Shown: positions 1-8,804, counted from the stretch's first letter. The stretch: 28,076 nt of DNA from Planctomycetota bacterium (GCA_038213805.1 JBBQSO010000069.1:1-28076); one strand, 5' to 3'. Made by a program: numbers and translations. Notes: generated by a model from the sequence alone, not told the origin.

Positions 1-3000
1 ACCTGGCCCAAGCCCTCGGGCCAGACGCCGCCACCCGTCGGCGCCCCGGACAACCGCATCTACACCATGTTCTGGCAGTACGACGCCAGCATCGGCTGGA
101 CCAGCACCTGGCTGAACGGCCAAGTGTGGGATTGGCTCTTCGCCCGCACGCTGATCACCACCCCGGTCACCACTCCGGCCGCGGTCACCCTCGCCAATCT
201 CAACACCACCTACACCGGCAACGCACAGAGTGTAACGATCACCACCGTGCCAGCCGGGCTGGCGGTGAACGTGACCTACAACGGCGCGGTGGCCCTGCCG
301 GTCGACGTCGGCTCCTACGCGGTAGCCGTGACGGTCATCGATCCGCTCTATTCCGGCAGCGCCACCGGCACCATGACCATCGCCAACGCGCCAGCGTCAA
401 CCGTGACCGTCGCCGAGCACGGCGACCACCAGGTCGTGCAGCGTCTGATCGGCACCATCAGCGGCACGGTGACGGTCACCGGCGCCATCACCGGCGTGCG
501 GCCCGTCCGCCTCGATGCGCGCGTGGTGAGGATCGTGGGCGGCGGCGACGCGGCAGTGGATTGGACGACCATCGCCACCGCCCCCGCCGCCGGCCCCTGG
601 AGCACGAGCCTCACGGTCCCGCAGGGCGGCTGGTACCGGGTCGAGGTGCGCAGCGTCGGTCAGGGCGGCGCGATCCTTGCCACCGCGGCCAGCGCCCGCC
701 CATGGGGCGTCGGCATCAACATCCTGTGCATCGGCCAGTCGAACATGGTCGGCTACGGCGACCTGAATTTCACCACCGCCGACGACCTCGTCGGTTCGCT
801 GCGCAGCGGCGCCGGCTGGCAGCACCTGACTGACCCTTGGATCACTGGCGGCAAGGCCTCGTGCGGCCCCGCGCTGGGTAACGCCCTGGTGAATGCGCTT
901 GGCTTCCCCATCGGCCTGGTCCCGGCCGCGACCCTCGACACCACCATGGACGCGCACGGCCCGACCGATCTGTCCTTCCGCAACGCCGCCAACCCGAGCG
1001 ACACCGCCACTATCTACGGCAGGGCGCTGCGCGCCGCCACCACGGCGGGCGGTGTGGAGTTCGTGTGCGTCTCGCAGGGCGCCGCGGAGGCCTTCGCGGG
1101 CACCACCTCCACCGCTGACTACGTGGCCGCGTTCACCCGTATGGAAGCCAACTTCCGCGGCGACTTGGCGAACGGTGCGCAGGTGAAGTTCGTACTCTCG
1201 CAACTCGGCCGCCGCATCGCCACCCCGGTGGCGGACGCCGGCTACGACGCCATCCGCGAAGCCCACCGCATGCTCGACGACGGCTTCAACACCCTGCTCG
1301 CCGGCAGCACCATGGACTTCCCACTCGCCGACGGCATCACCCATTACGGTCAGGCCGGTCAGGGCCCGCATGGCCGCCGCTTCGCGCGCGCCATCCTGTT
1401 CAGTCTCGGGCAGCACGCGACCTTCGGGCAGCTTCCGACCTACGGCGGCCCGCGAATCGCCTCCGCCGCATTCAGCAACCCGACGCGCACCGTCGTGCAG
1501 GTGACCATAGACCACCACGGCGGCAGCGATTTCCAGCCCGGCTCAGCGATCCCCGGCTTCGCCGTGCGCGATGCCGCAGGCCCCAAACTAATGAGCGCCA
1601 CTCGCTTATCGGAGTCGATCATCGCGCTGACCTGCGCCACCGCGTGTAGCGGGGCGACCACCATCACCTACCTCGTAGGCATGAACCCGGCCGGGCCGCA
1701 GGGTTTGGTCGCGGACGACCAGGCGGATCCGCAGCCCCTGCTGCCCCAGACCGTGCCGCTCACGGTGCGGGCTGCGCCGATCGGCCTGGCGAACGTGCAG
1801 CTCAGCGACCTGGGCTTCAACTACGACGGTGCCCCGCACCAGGTCTGGGTCAGCACCTTCCCCGGCAACCTGAGCACCATCGTCACTTACGATGGCGCCT
1901 CCGCCCTGCCGGTGGAGATCGGCACCTATTCCGTGGTCGCGACGGTGACCGACCCGGACTACATCGGTAGCGCCAGCGGCACCTTCACGATCGGCAAAGG
2001 CATCGCGACCATGACCGTCAATGGGCTGACCGCGGTGTACGACGGTAACCCGCACGGGGTGACGGTCACCACGTCGCCCCCGAACCTCGCCACCATTGTC
2101 ACCTACGCCAACACCGTCAACTGGGTCGCCAGTGCCGCGGCGCCGGTGGGAAGCGGATCGTACATGGTGGAGGTCTCCATCGTCGACGCGCACTACAACG
2201 GCTCTGGAAGCGGCTTGCTGGTCATCGCCAAGGCGCCTGCGACCGTGGTCCTCGGCGGCCTCGCCGCGACCTACGATGGAACCGGCCACCAGGCGAGCGT
2301 CACCACCTCGCCCGCCAACCTGGCCACCACACTCACCTACGACGGCGCTGCCGCAGCGCCGGTGAACGTGGGTCCGCACGCGGTCGTCGCCACCATCGCC
2401 GACGCGAACTACGCGGGCAGCGCCAGTGGCACCCTGAACATCTCCGCGCTGGCAGAGCCGACCGTCGGCGCCAATGGCTGGACCAACATTCCCGGCATCG
2501 TCGAGGGCACCATCGCCACCTTCCCGATCGACACCACCCTGCCCACGCCGCCCCTCGGCTTTGTCGCCTACTTCCCCAAGGGCTACAACCAAGCCGACGC
2601 CACCACCAGGTGGCCGGTGGTCATGTACCTCGCCGGCATCGGCGATGCCGGCAACGGCACCGACACCAGCGCGAACGGGCACCAGCTTTACGCGCACATG
2701 ACCGCGAACGGTCCGCTCTACCAGGTCGTGACCGCCGCGTGGGACTTCCCCGCGATCATCATCGCGCCGCAGACCGCGGTGAACTGGAATAGCACCAACA
2801 GCATCAAGGTCGCCATGGACTACGCGAAGGCCCACTTCCGGATCGACTCCCGGCGCGTTTACCTGACCGGGTACAGCGACGGCACCAGCGGCGTCCTGCG
2901 TTACGCTGCCGCCTATCCCACCGATCCCGCCGCCATCCTGCCGATCGAAGCCGGCGCCAACCCCGGCACCGGCCAGGCCGACGCCCTCAAGCGCATCCCG

Positions 3001-3645
3001 ATGTGGGCCGTGCACTGCTTCGCCGACACCGGGACCGCCGCCCGCACCGTCACGATCGCCTGGGTCGACGCTGCGACCACCGCCGACAGCGGCGTCACTT
3101 CTGACTGCATGGCCAACTACCCCGGCTACGGCGCCACCCCGCGCAACCACTATGCCTGCGACGCCGACCCGCTCACCGGCTTCCCGGCCCTGCCCGACGG
3201 CCCGACCAGCGTCTTCGCTGCCGCCACCGTCACCTCGTCCAGCAAGTACGTGGCCTTCAACGCCTCCATCGGCAGCAGCATCTACCTGATGTGGAGCGCC
3301 AGTACCGACGCCCAGCCCTTCGCACGCTTCCACGTCTCCGACAGCAACGCAGCCGCCTACCCCATGGCGACGGTCTACCCGGCCGGCTTCTACACCACCA
3401 AGCCCTACGTGGGCGCGACCGCCACCCTGCCGATCACCGTGGTCACCCCGATCGGCTGCAACCTCACCGGCAGCTACGCGCTGTCGACCGGTTGGACCTG
3501 GGCGCGCGATCAGCACCTGGACACCAATAAGCCGGGCAAGCACATCTTCACCATGTTCTGGTACCAGGACCACGTCCAGGGCTGGCGAGACACCTGGGGC
3601 AACCCCGAGGTGTGGAACTGGCTGTTCAGCCAGACCCATCCCTGA
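1..3645 (+). CDS. Large multidomain, probably surface/secreted protein (5'-truncated): end of an alpha/beta-hydrolase-like domain, MBG-like repeats, SGNH/sialate O-acetylesterase (SASA/CE6-like) domain, C-terminal alpha/beta-hydrolase
   Basis: Frame 1 is open from base 1 (TWPKPSGQ...RIYTMFW), so the ATG at 67 is internal. SGNH motifs: GQSNM (733-747), SQG and DGITH (1330-1344). Four Y[DT]G-type MBG-like repeats. C-terminal hydrolase with RVYLTGYSDG nucleophile elbow (GYSDG 2869-2883), WAVHCFAD and DH...W, ending VWNWLFSQ. Confidence 0.85.
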   Translation, partial: TWPKPSGQTPPPVGAPDNRIYTMFWQYDASIGWTSTWLNGQVWDWLFARTLITTPVTTPAAVTLANLNTTYTGNAQSVTITTVPAGLAVNVTYNGAVALPVDVGSYAVAVTVIDPLYSGSATGTMTIANAPASTVTVAEHGDHQVVQRLIGTISGTVTVTGAITGVRPVRLDARVVRIVGGGDAAVDWTTIATAPAAGPWSTSLTVPQGGWYRVEVRSVGQGGAILATAASARPWGVGINILCIGQSNMVGYGDLNFTTADDLVGSLRSGAGWQHLTDPWITGGKASCGPALGNALVNALGFPIGLVPAATLDTTMDAHGPTDLSFRNAANPSDTATIYGRALRAATTAGGVEFVCVSQGAAEAFAGTTSTADYVAAFTRMEANFRGDLANGAQVKFVLSQLGRRIATPVADAGYDAIREAHRMLDDGFNTLLAGSTMDFPLADGITHYGQAGQGPHGRRFARAILFSLGQHATFGQLPTYGGPRIASAAFSNPTRTVVQVTIDHHGGSDFQPGSAIPGFAVRDAAGPKLMSATRLSESIIALTCATACSGATTITYLVGMNPAGPQGLVADDQADPQPLLPQTVPLTVRAAPIGLANVQLSDLGFNYDGAPHQVWVSTFPGNLSTIVTYDGASALPVEIGTYSVVATVTDPDYIGSASGTFTIGKGIATMTVNGLTAVYDGNPHGVTVTTSPPNLATIVTYANTVNWVASAAAPVGSGSYMVEVSIVDAHYNGSGSGLLVIAKAPATVVLGGLAATYDGTGHQASVTTSPANLATTLTYDGAAAAPVNVGPHAVVATIADANYAGSASGTLNISALAEPTVGANGWTNIPGIVEGTIATFPIDTTLPTPPLGFVAYFPKGYNQADATTRWPVVMYLAGIGDAGNGTDTSANGHQLYAHMTANGPLYQVVTAAWDFPAIIIAPQTAVNWNSTNSIKVAMDYAKAHFRIDSRRVYLTGYSDGTSGVLRYAAAYPTDPAAILPIEAGANPGTGQADALKRIPMWAVHCFADTGTAARTVTIAWVDAATTADSGVTSDCMANYPGYGATPRNHYACDADPLTGFPALPDGPTSVFAAATVTSSSKYVAFNASIGSSIYLMWSASTDAQPFARFHVSDSNAAAYPMATVYPAGFYTTKPYVGATATLPITVVTPIGCNLTGSYALSTGWTWARDQHLDTNKPGKHIFTMFWYQDHVQGWRDTWGNPEVWNWLFSQTHP
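175..2445 (+). repeat. Four ~70-75 aa MBG-like (Ig-like stalk) protein repeats at ~175-390, ~1789-1995, ~1996-2229 and ~2230-2445
   Basis: Shared pattern A.V.L..L...Y[DT]G....V.V.T.P..L...[VL]TY....(A)P...G.Y.V...[VI].D..Y.GS.[ST]G....I in the translation. One copy precedes the SGNH domain and three tandem copies follow it. Confidence 0.8.
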
Positions 3646-3672
3646 TCCGTGGCGATGCGGTCTCCACGCAGC

Positions 3673-3700
3673 ATCCCGCCCTGGCTAGCCAGGGCGGGAT
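3673..3700. terminator. Perfect 28-bp palindrome / stem-loop downstream of the large-protein gene (probable terminator or mRNA-processing hairpin)
   Basis: ATCCCGCCCTGGCT|AGCCAGGGCGGGAT is self-complementary. It starts 28 nt after the stop at 3645 and has only a weak T-tail (TCCTCGTTAA). Confidence 0.6.
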
Positions 3701-3729
3701 TCCTCGTTAAGCCTGCCCAACGTGATTCC

Positions 3730-4143
3730 GTGATCTCCCCGGCCACCCATCGTCTGTTCACCCGCGTGCTCGCCTTCGGCGTGGTCTCCGGGCTCGGCTG
3801 GCTGCTCGATTTCGGCGTCTTCACCCTGCTCCTGCACGTTGGCGCCACGCCCTTCCTGGCGAACGCGGCCGGTGCCGCGCTCGCGGTGACCTGGGTCTAT
3901 GCCGCCAGCGTGCGCCGCATCTTCCGCTACCGGGGACGCTTCCTGATCGCGAAATTCCTGCTCTACGCCGGCTGGCAGGTGGTGGGCGTGACCGCAGCGT
4001 CGTGGGGCGTCGACCGGCTCGCCCACACCGGCGCGCTGACCCCGATCTGGGCGAAGATCGCGATCACGCCGCTGACCTTCGTCGCCAACTACCTGTTCAT
4101 GGCCTGGCTGACCAGACCGGCGGAGCCGGAAGCCCATGACTGA
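3730..4143 (+). CDS. GtrA-family small membrane protein (putative lipid-linked sugar translocase)
   Basis: About 137 aa with four hydrophobic segments and GtrA-type pattern F..V...G...DF..F..L, AN, R.IF, WAKI......ANY. GTG at 3730 chosen because the upstream ORF extension runs across the palindrome. Start is uncertain. Confidence 0.8.
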   Translation: MISPATHRLFTRVLAFGVVSGLGWLLDFGVFTLLLHVGATPFLANAAGAALAVTWVYAASVRRIFRYRGRFLIAKFLLYAGWQVVGVTAASWGVDRLAHTGALTPIWAKIAITPLTFVANYLFMAWLTRPAEPEAHD

Positions 4144-4215
4144 GCGCCGCCACCGGACCACCTGGCCCGCTCCCGCCCGGCACTGACCCGCTCCGCCCTT
4201 CCTCAGGAACACGCC

Positions 4216-5913
4216 ATGGATGGATCCGCACTCGACCGCCGCCGCCCGGCCTGGCCATGGGGTCTGCTCGCCCTGCTGCTGCTGGCGCTGTTGTGTCTGC
4301 GCCTCGCGCTCGCCGGCCTCACCGTGCAGACCGCCTTTCCGTGGAGCGCGACCATCCTGCTCGATGGCGCGGCCCGCATCGCCGATGGGCAGGTGCCGTA
4401 CCGTGACTTCCACACGCCGGTGGGCTTCACCTACCTGGGCCTGCTCGCGGTCTGCCTGCGCCTGGCCCACGGCCTGCCGCACGCGCTCGCCACGTTCAGC
4501 GCGTGCGCCGGGCTGCTGACGGGAGCGCTCGCGTGGTGGGTGGGCGTGCGGCGCTGTGCACCGCCGCTGGCGGCGGCCGTCGCGCTGGGCATCGGCATGC
4601 TCGCGGCGTCCCCCGCCTTCCTCGCCTATGGTCCGCTCGACCTCAGCTACGGTGGGCACTACTCGCGGCTATCGTGGAGCCTGTTCTTCGTGGTCGCGCT
4701 GTACGCCGCCGGACCCGCCTGCGCAGCGGGGCGCCGGGCGGAACTGCTTGAGGCGGCAGCGATCGGCGCCTGCCTGGGACTGCTCGCCGGTACCAAGTTC
4801 ACCTACCTGCTCGCAGGCCTGGCGGTGGTCGGGCTGGCCTGGTGGCAGCGCTCACCGGGCTGGCGCACGCCATTGTCCATGCTCGCAGGTGTGGTCGCAG
4901 CCGTCGCAGTCGGCCTTGAGGTGAGTGGAGCGTCGCTCGGCGGCTACCTGCGCGACTGCGGCCTGGTCGGTTCGAGCGCCTCGCTGCTGTCCCTGCTGCT
5001 GGTGTCGCGCCACAATCTCGACGTGCTGGGCCTCGGCCTGATCGCGGTCGCCGCCCTGCTCACCTGGCCGGCGCATCGCCAGGGTTGGCGGCTGTCGGCG
5101 GCACGCCCGCTGCCGGACGCCTTCCTCATGGCCCTGGCTGTGCTCGGCCTCGGCCTTGGCTTGTCCGCGACCAACGGCAACGAGCAGGTCAGCCCGGTCT
5201 ATGCCCTGGTGCTGATCATCCTCGCCGTGCCGGCGGCGGCGCCGGTGGCCGGCATGGCGACCGCAGCAGGCGCACGCCACGCGCCGCTGCTGATTGCTGC
5301 CGCGGTGTCCACCGCGCTTGCCGTGCGCCTCGCCATGCCCATCGCCATCGGCCCGTACGCCGCCAACGTGGCGCCGCTGGGCACGCTCGCGGCCGGGCCC
5401 TGGAAGGGGCTGGCCTTCCTGCCGGGCGGCGATCTCGCGCCGCAGCGCGACCAGCTGTGGACCTACCTCAGCCGCGAGCCGCGGGGCATGCTCTGCAATG
5501 CCTGGTACGACTGGCTGCGCGACGGCGAGACCATCCTGCGGTCGCGCGTCGGCGCCGGAGAACGGGTGCTGTGCATGGACTTCCTAAACCCCTTCCCGTA
5601 CGCGCTGCAGCGTCCTGCGCCGCTCGGCGACCACCTCTACTGGCATTTCGGACGGAACGTCGGCCGGGCCAGCGCCCCGCGCCCAGAGACGCTGTTCGCC
5701 TCGGTGGACTGGGTGATGATCCCCAAAGTGCCGATCTTCCGCGAGGTGACGCACGACAAGTGCGACCTCTATGGGGATTGGATCAAGGCGCATTATCGCG
5801 AGCTCATCCTCACGCGCGTGGGTGACCATTACGAGGAGGTGCAGACCCAGGATGCACGGCTTATCGGCTCCGAATGGTGGACCTGCTACCAGCGTCGACC
5901 TGCCGTCCACTAA
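4216..5913 (+). CDS. Polytopic membrane protein, probable GT-C-fold glycosyltransferase using a lipid-phosphate-sugar donor
   Basis: RBS-like AGGA upstream. First-loop motif DGAARIADGQVPYRDFHTPVG, about 10 hydrophobic segments with a G.K motif (GTKFTY), and a soluble C-terminal domain. Lies next to gtrA. Confidence 0.6.
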   Translation: MDGSALDRRRPAWPWGLLALLLLALLCLRLALAGLTVQTAFPWSATILLDGAARIADGQVPYRDFHTPVGFTYLGLLAVCLRLAHGLPHALATFSACAGLLTGALAWWVGVRRCAPPLAAAVALGIGMLAASPAFLAYGPLDLSYGGHYSRLSWSLFFVVALYAAGPACAAGRRAELLEAAAIGACLGLLAGTKFTYLLAGLAVVGLAWWQRSPGWRTPLSMLAGVVAAVAVGLEVSGASLGGYLRDCGLVGSSASLLSLLLVSRHNLDVLGLGLIAVAALLTWPAHRQGWRLSAARPLPDAFLMALAVLGLGLGLSATNGNEQVSPVYALVLIILAVPAAAPVAGMATAAGARHAPLLIAAAVSTALAVRLAMPIAIGPYAANVAPLGTLAAGPWKGLAFLPGGDLAPQRDQLWTYLSREPRGMLCNAWYDWLRDGETILRSRVGAGERVLCMDFLNPFPYALQRPAPLGDHLYWHFGRNVGRASAPRPETLFASVDWVMIPKVPIFREVTHDKCDLYGDWIKAHYRELILTRVGDHYEEVQTQDARLIGSEWWTCYQRRPAVH

Positions 5914-6021
5914 GAGGCCCTGGACGCTACGCCGTGGAACGCGGGCTGGCCCGGTGTGGCCAGCGGATGCTCCGCTGCGGACCAGCCGGCGCGAAGCGCA
6001 TCGACGCGGGCACCTACCCGA

Positions 6022-7194
6022 TCAGCGTACCGACGCTGGCGATGCGCCGGCTGGTTTGCTCGCACCGACATCACGCGCCGTCACCAGCTCGGCATACCAG
6101 GCGCGCATGCGCTGCCCGATGCGCGTCCAATCGTGCTCGACCACGGCTTGGCGGCGGCAGGCGACGCTGAGTTCGGCGTAGCGCGCATCGGGCAGGTCGG
6201 CGGCGGCGCGCAAGGCGGCCGCCAGTTCCGCCACGCTGTCGCCCTCCCAACCGAGGGTGCGCATCGCGGGATAGCGGCAACCGGGGGTGAGGATGCAGGG
6301 CTTGCCATAGGCCAGCGCCTCGAGCACGGCGATCGACTGCGCCTCGCACCGGCCGGCGAGGATGCCGAAGTCGCTGGCCCGGAAGGCTGCGTCCTTGGCC
6401 TCCCCACCCACGTAGCCGAGCAGCCGTACGCCCGGCAGTGACGCGGCGCGCGCGCGCACCTCTGCCGCATAGGGGCCCTCGCCGTCGCCGGCGATGACCA
6501 TCTGCATGCGCGCGTGGACGTCGGCATCCCGCCAGGCGTCGAGCAGCCAATCAATGCGCTTGTTGGCATGCAGGCGCCCGCAGTACAGCACCGTGCGCGG
6601 CGCGTGCGGTTGCGGCGACAGTGCCTCCTCGGCCGGCAGGTCGATGCCGTTGGGGATGACGCGGATGCCGGGATGGTCGCCGCCCAGGTAGCTCCGGACC
6701 TGCTCCGCCTCGAATTCGGTGAGCACGTGGATGCCGTCGGCGCGGCGCAGCGCCGTGCGGTGGAACCACAGGTTGACCAGGCCCTTCTTGAGCCGGCCGT
6801 GGGCGAGCAGGCTGGCGTCGAACATGCCGTGCGGGCTGATCACCACGGCGATGCCGCGGCGTTGCAGGCGCGCGACATGGCGCAGGGCGCCGGTCCAGAC
6901 GCCGTGGATGTGGATCAGACCGGGGTTGTAGCGGGCGAGCGCGGCGTCGAGCGCCACGGGGTCCAGGAGGCGCCGACGCCACCACGGCCCATCCTGGTGC
7001 AGGATGGGGAAGCCGCAGTCGCCTTCCGGCCGGCGGATCGCCACCAGCACGGCGTTGCCCGCGCTGCGCGCGTGGCGGATGGCGGCCGCGGACAGACCGA
7101 AGCCATGGCGATCGCCGTATTCGCACACCGCCACCGAGACCGTCCCGGCCGTTGTATCGGTGTTTGCCTGCACGTTCTCGGCGCCGTCCACCAC
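6022..7194 (-). CDS. Glycosyltransferase, GT4 (GT-B) family
   Basis: IHIHGVW, ISPHGM, VIPNGID, YCGRLHANKRIDWL and the E-x7-E motif EAQSIAVLEALAYGKP. Start codon is uncertain. Confidence 0.9.
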   Translation of the reverse strand: MVDGAENVQANTDTTAGTVSVAVCEYGDRHGFGLSAAAIRHARSAGNAVLVAIRRPEGDCGFPILHQDGPWWRRRLLDPVALDAALARYNPGLIHIHGVWTGALRHVARLQRRGIAVVISPHGMFDASLLAHGRLKKGLVNLWFHRTALRRADGIHVLTEFEAEQVRSYLGGDHPGIRVIPNGIDLPAEEALSPQPHAPRTVLYCGRLHANKRIDWLLDAWRDADVHARMQMVIAGDGEGPYAAEVRARAASLPGVRLLGYVGGEAKDAAFRASDFGILAGRCEAQSIAVLEALAYGKPCILTPGCRYPAMRTLGWEGDSVAELAAALRAAADLPDARYAELSVACRRQAVVEHDWTRIGQRMRAWYAELVTARDVGASKPAGASPASVR

Positions 7195-7601
7195 TGCCCA
7201 GGGTCTCCGTCGGCGGACCTTAGTTGGTCATCACGTGGCACAAGGTCCATATCCCCTACTCTGATGCACGCATGAAAGCACAGGACACGACCCTTCGTGC
7301 TGGCACGGTTACACTGCTGGATTTCCCCGTGGTTTCCCTACGCTCCGCACGTGACCGGCGCATCGCCAAACATGCAGACACCAAGAACGAATGGCATGGC
7401 AGCGCCTTATGGGCACATGGTCGCCCTGCAGGATGCGCCGGTGTCCGCCCCGCCCCCTCCTCCCGCGGTGGTTGCCACCCGTACCGTGACGGCGGACGAG
7501 CGACCGATGGAGCGGGTGCGCCGGAGCCACGGGGCCCGCTCTCCCTCTGCAATCCGCAGCATGCGGATCGTGTTCCGGGACTGCAGCCGGAAATCACCCT
7601 G

Positions 7602-8804
7602 ATGCATCTGCACCTCATCGAACCCCTGGCCAGCGGGCACCGTCTGCAGTTCGTCCGCCGCCTGGTCGAGACGCCCCTGCCCGGGCTCACCTGGAGCCTG
7701 AGCACCTTCCCGTCGACGCGCGCCCATCCCGCCTTTGCCGCCCTGGCCCCGCGCTTCGCCGCGATCCACGACATCGCCGACGAAGCCAGCCACAAATCAC
7801 TGAGCACCGGCGCACGCGGCCTGCGCTCGTCGCGGTTGTGGTGGCACCTGTTGCACGCCCATTGGCTGGGGCTGCCGGCCGAGTTGCGCTCCGCGCCCCA
7901 GCTGGTGCCCTTCCTGGACTACTTCCTGTACGCAGCGGGTCTGCACGGTTCGCCATTCGGTAGCGCGCCGCTGGCCGGCATCTCGATGCGCCCGTCGTTC
8001 CACTACCGGGCGATGGGCGTGCGCGCCCCGCGCGCGCTCGGGGCGCCGCTGCAGCGCTGGCTGCTGTGCCGCCTGCTCGCGCGGCGGGAGCTGGTGCGAT
8101 TCTTCACCCTCGACGAGCCACTCGCCATCTGGCTGCGCGAACACCGGGCGCGTCAGGCCGACAAGGTCACCTACGTGCAGGATCCCGCCGACATCGGCGG
8201 CACCGGCGGCCAGGCGGAGGGCCGCGCACGTTTCGCCATCCCGTCGGGGCAGCGCGTGATCCTGTCCTTTGGCAGCATCTCTTCGCTCAAGGGCGTCGAT
8301 GCACTGTTCTGTGCGCTGGCGCGCCCCGATTGCCCGACCGATCTGGCCGCGCTGGTGGTGGGGACCTGGCAGGCGACGCTGCGCCCGCTGCTCGAATCGC
8401 CCGCGGCCCAAGCCTTGCGCAACGCCGGCCGTCTGCACCTCTGCGATGCCTACGTCGATGCGCAGGACGAGCACCTCGCCTTCGCCGCTGCCGACGTGGT
8501 CTGGCTCGGCTACCGCAACCACTACGGCTCGAGCGGTGTGCTCATGCAGGCGGCCAAGGTGGGCGTGCCGGTGGTCGGTTGCCGCGACGGCCTAGTCGGC
8601 TGGGGCATCGCGCGCCACCAGCTCGGCGAGATCGTCGAAATCGACGACGGACCCAGCGTGATCGTCGCCATCGGTCGCGTGCTGGCCGCTGGGCGCCGCA
8701 ACCTGCGCGCACCGCAGCACCTCCTCCATCCCCCGGAACTCGGCCGCGCCGTGCTCGAACCCCTGCTGGACGACCTCGCCCGGGAGAGGCCTCATGGCGC
8801 GTGA
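7602..8804 (+). CDS. Glycosyltransferase, GT4-like (GT-B)
   Basis: N-terminal IEPLASGH, FGSISSLKG, AADVVWLGY and GSSGVLMQAAKVGVPVV. ATG at 7602 chosen because the upstream 126 codons of the listed ORF look non-coding. Confidence 0.8.
   Translation: MHLHLIEPLASGHRLQFVRRLVETPLPGLTWSLSTFPSTRAHPAFAALAPRFAAIHDIADEASHKSLSTGARGLRSSRLWWHLLHAHWLGLPAELRSAPQLVPFLDYFLYAAGLHGSPFGSAPLAGISMRPSFHYRAMGVRAPRALGAPLQRWLLCRLLARRELVRFFTLDEPLAIWLREHRARQADKVTYVQDPADIGGTGGQAEGRARFAIPSGQRVILSFGSISSLKGVDALFCALARPDCPTDLAALVVGTWQATLRPLLESPAAQALRNAGRLHLCDAYVDAQDEHLAFAAADVVWLGYRNHYGSSGVLMQAAKVGVPVVGCRDGLVGWGIARHQLGEIVEIDDGPSVIVAIGRVLAAGRRNLRAPQHLLHPPELGRAVLEPLLDDLARERPHGA

Noticed and set aside
1606..3639. 677-aa antisense ORF, and similar long antisense or alternative-frame ORFs (10919-12406, 12321-13745, 15921-17225, 19956-21527, 19973-21655, 23094-24575, 26071-27453)
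   Set aside because: They lie over well-supported genes, have Arg/Gly/Pro-rich shadow composition with no motifs, and are expected from GC-rich codon bias.
5914..6021. Short hairpins between convergent genes (GCTGGCC/GGCCAGC, CAGCGGA/TCCGCTG)
   Set aside because: These are 7-bp GC stems without U-tracts and are not distinguishable from background.
7301..7317. TGGCACG...TGC sigma54-like site
   Set aside because: GG-to-GC spacing is 12 rather than the strictly required 10.
7224..7601. 126-aa N-terminal extension of the glycosyltransferase ORF
   Set aside because: No GT-like content and it spans the divergent intergenic region. The recognisable fold starts at ATG 7602.
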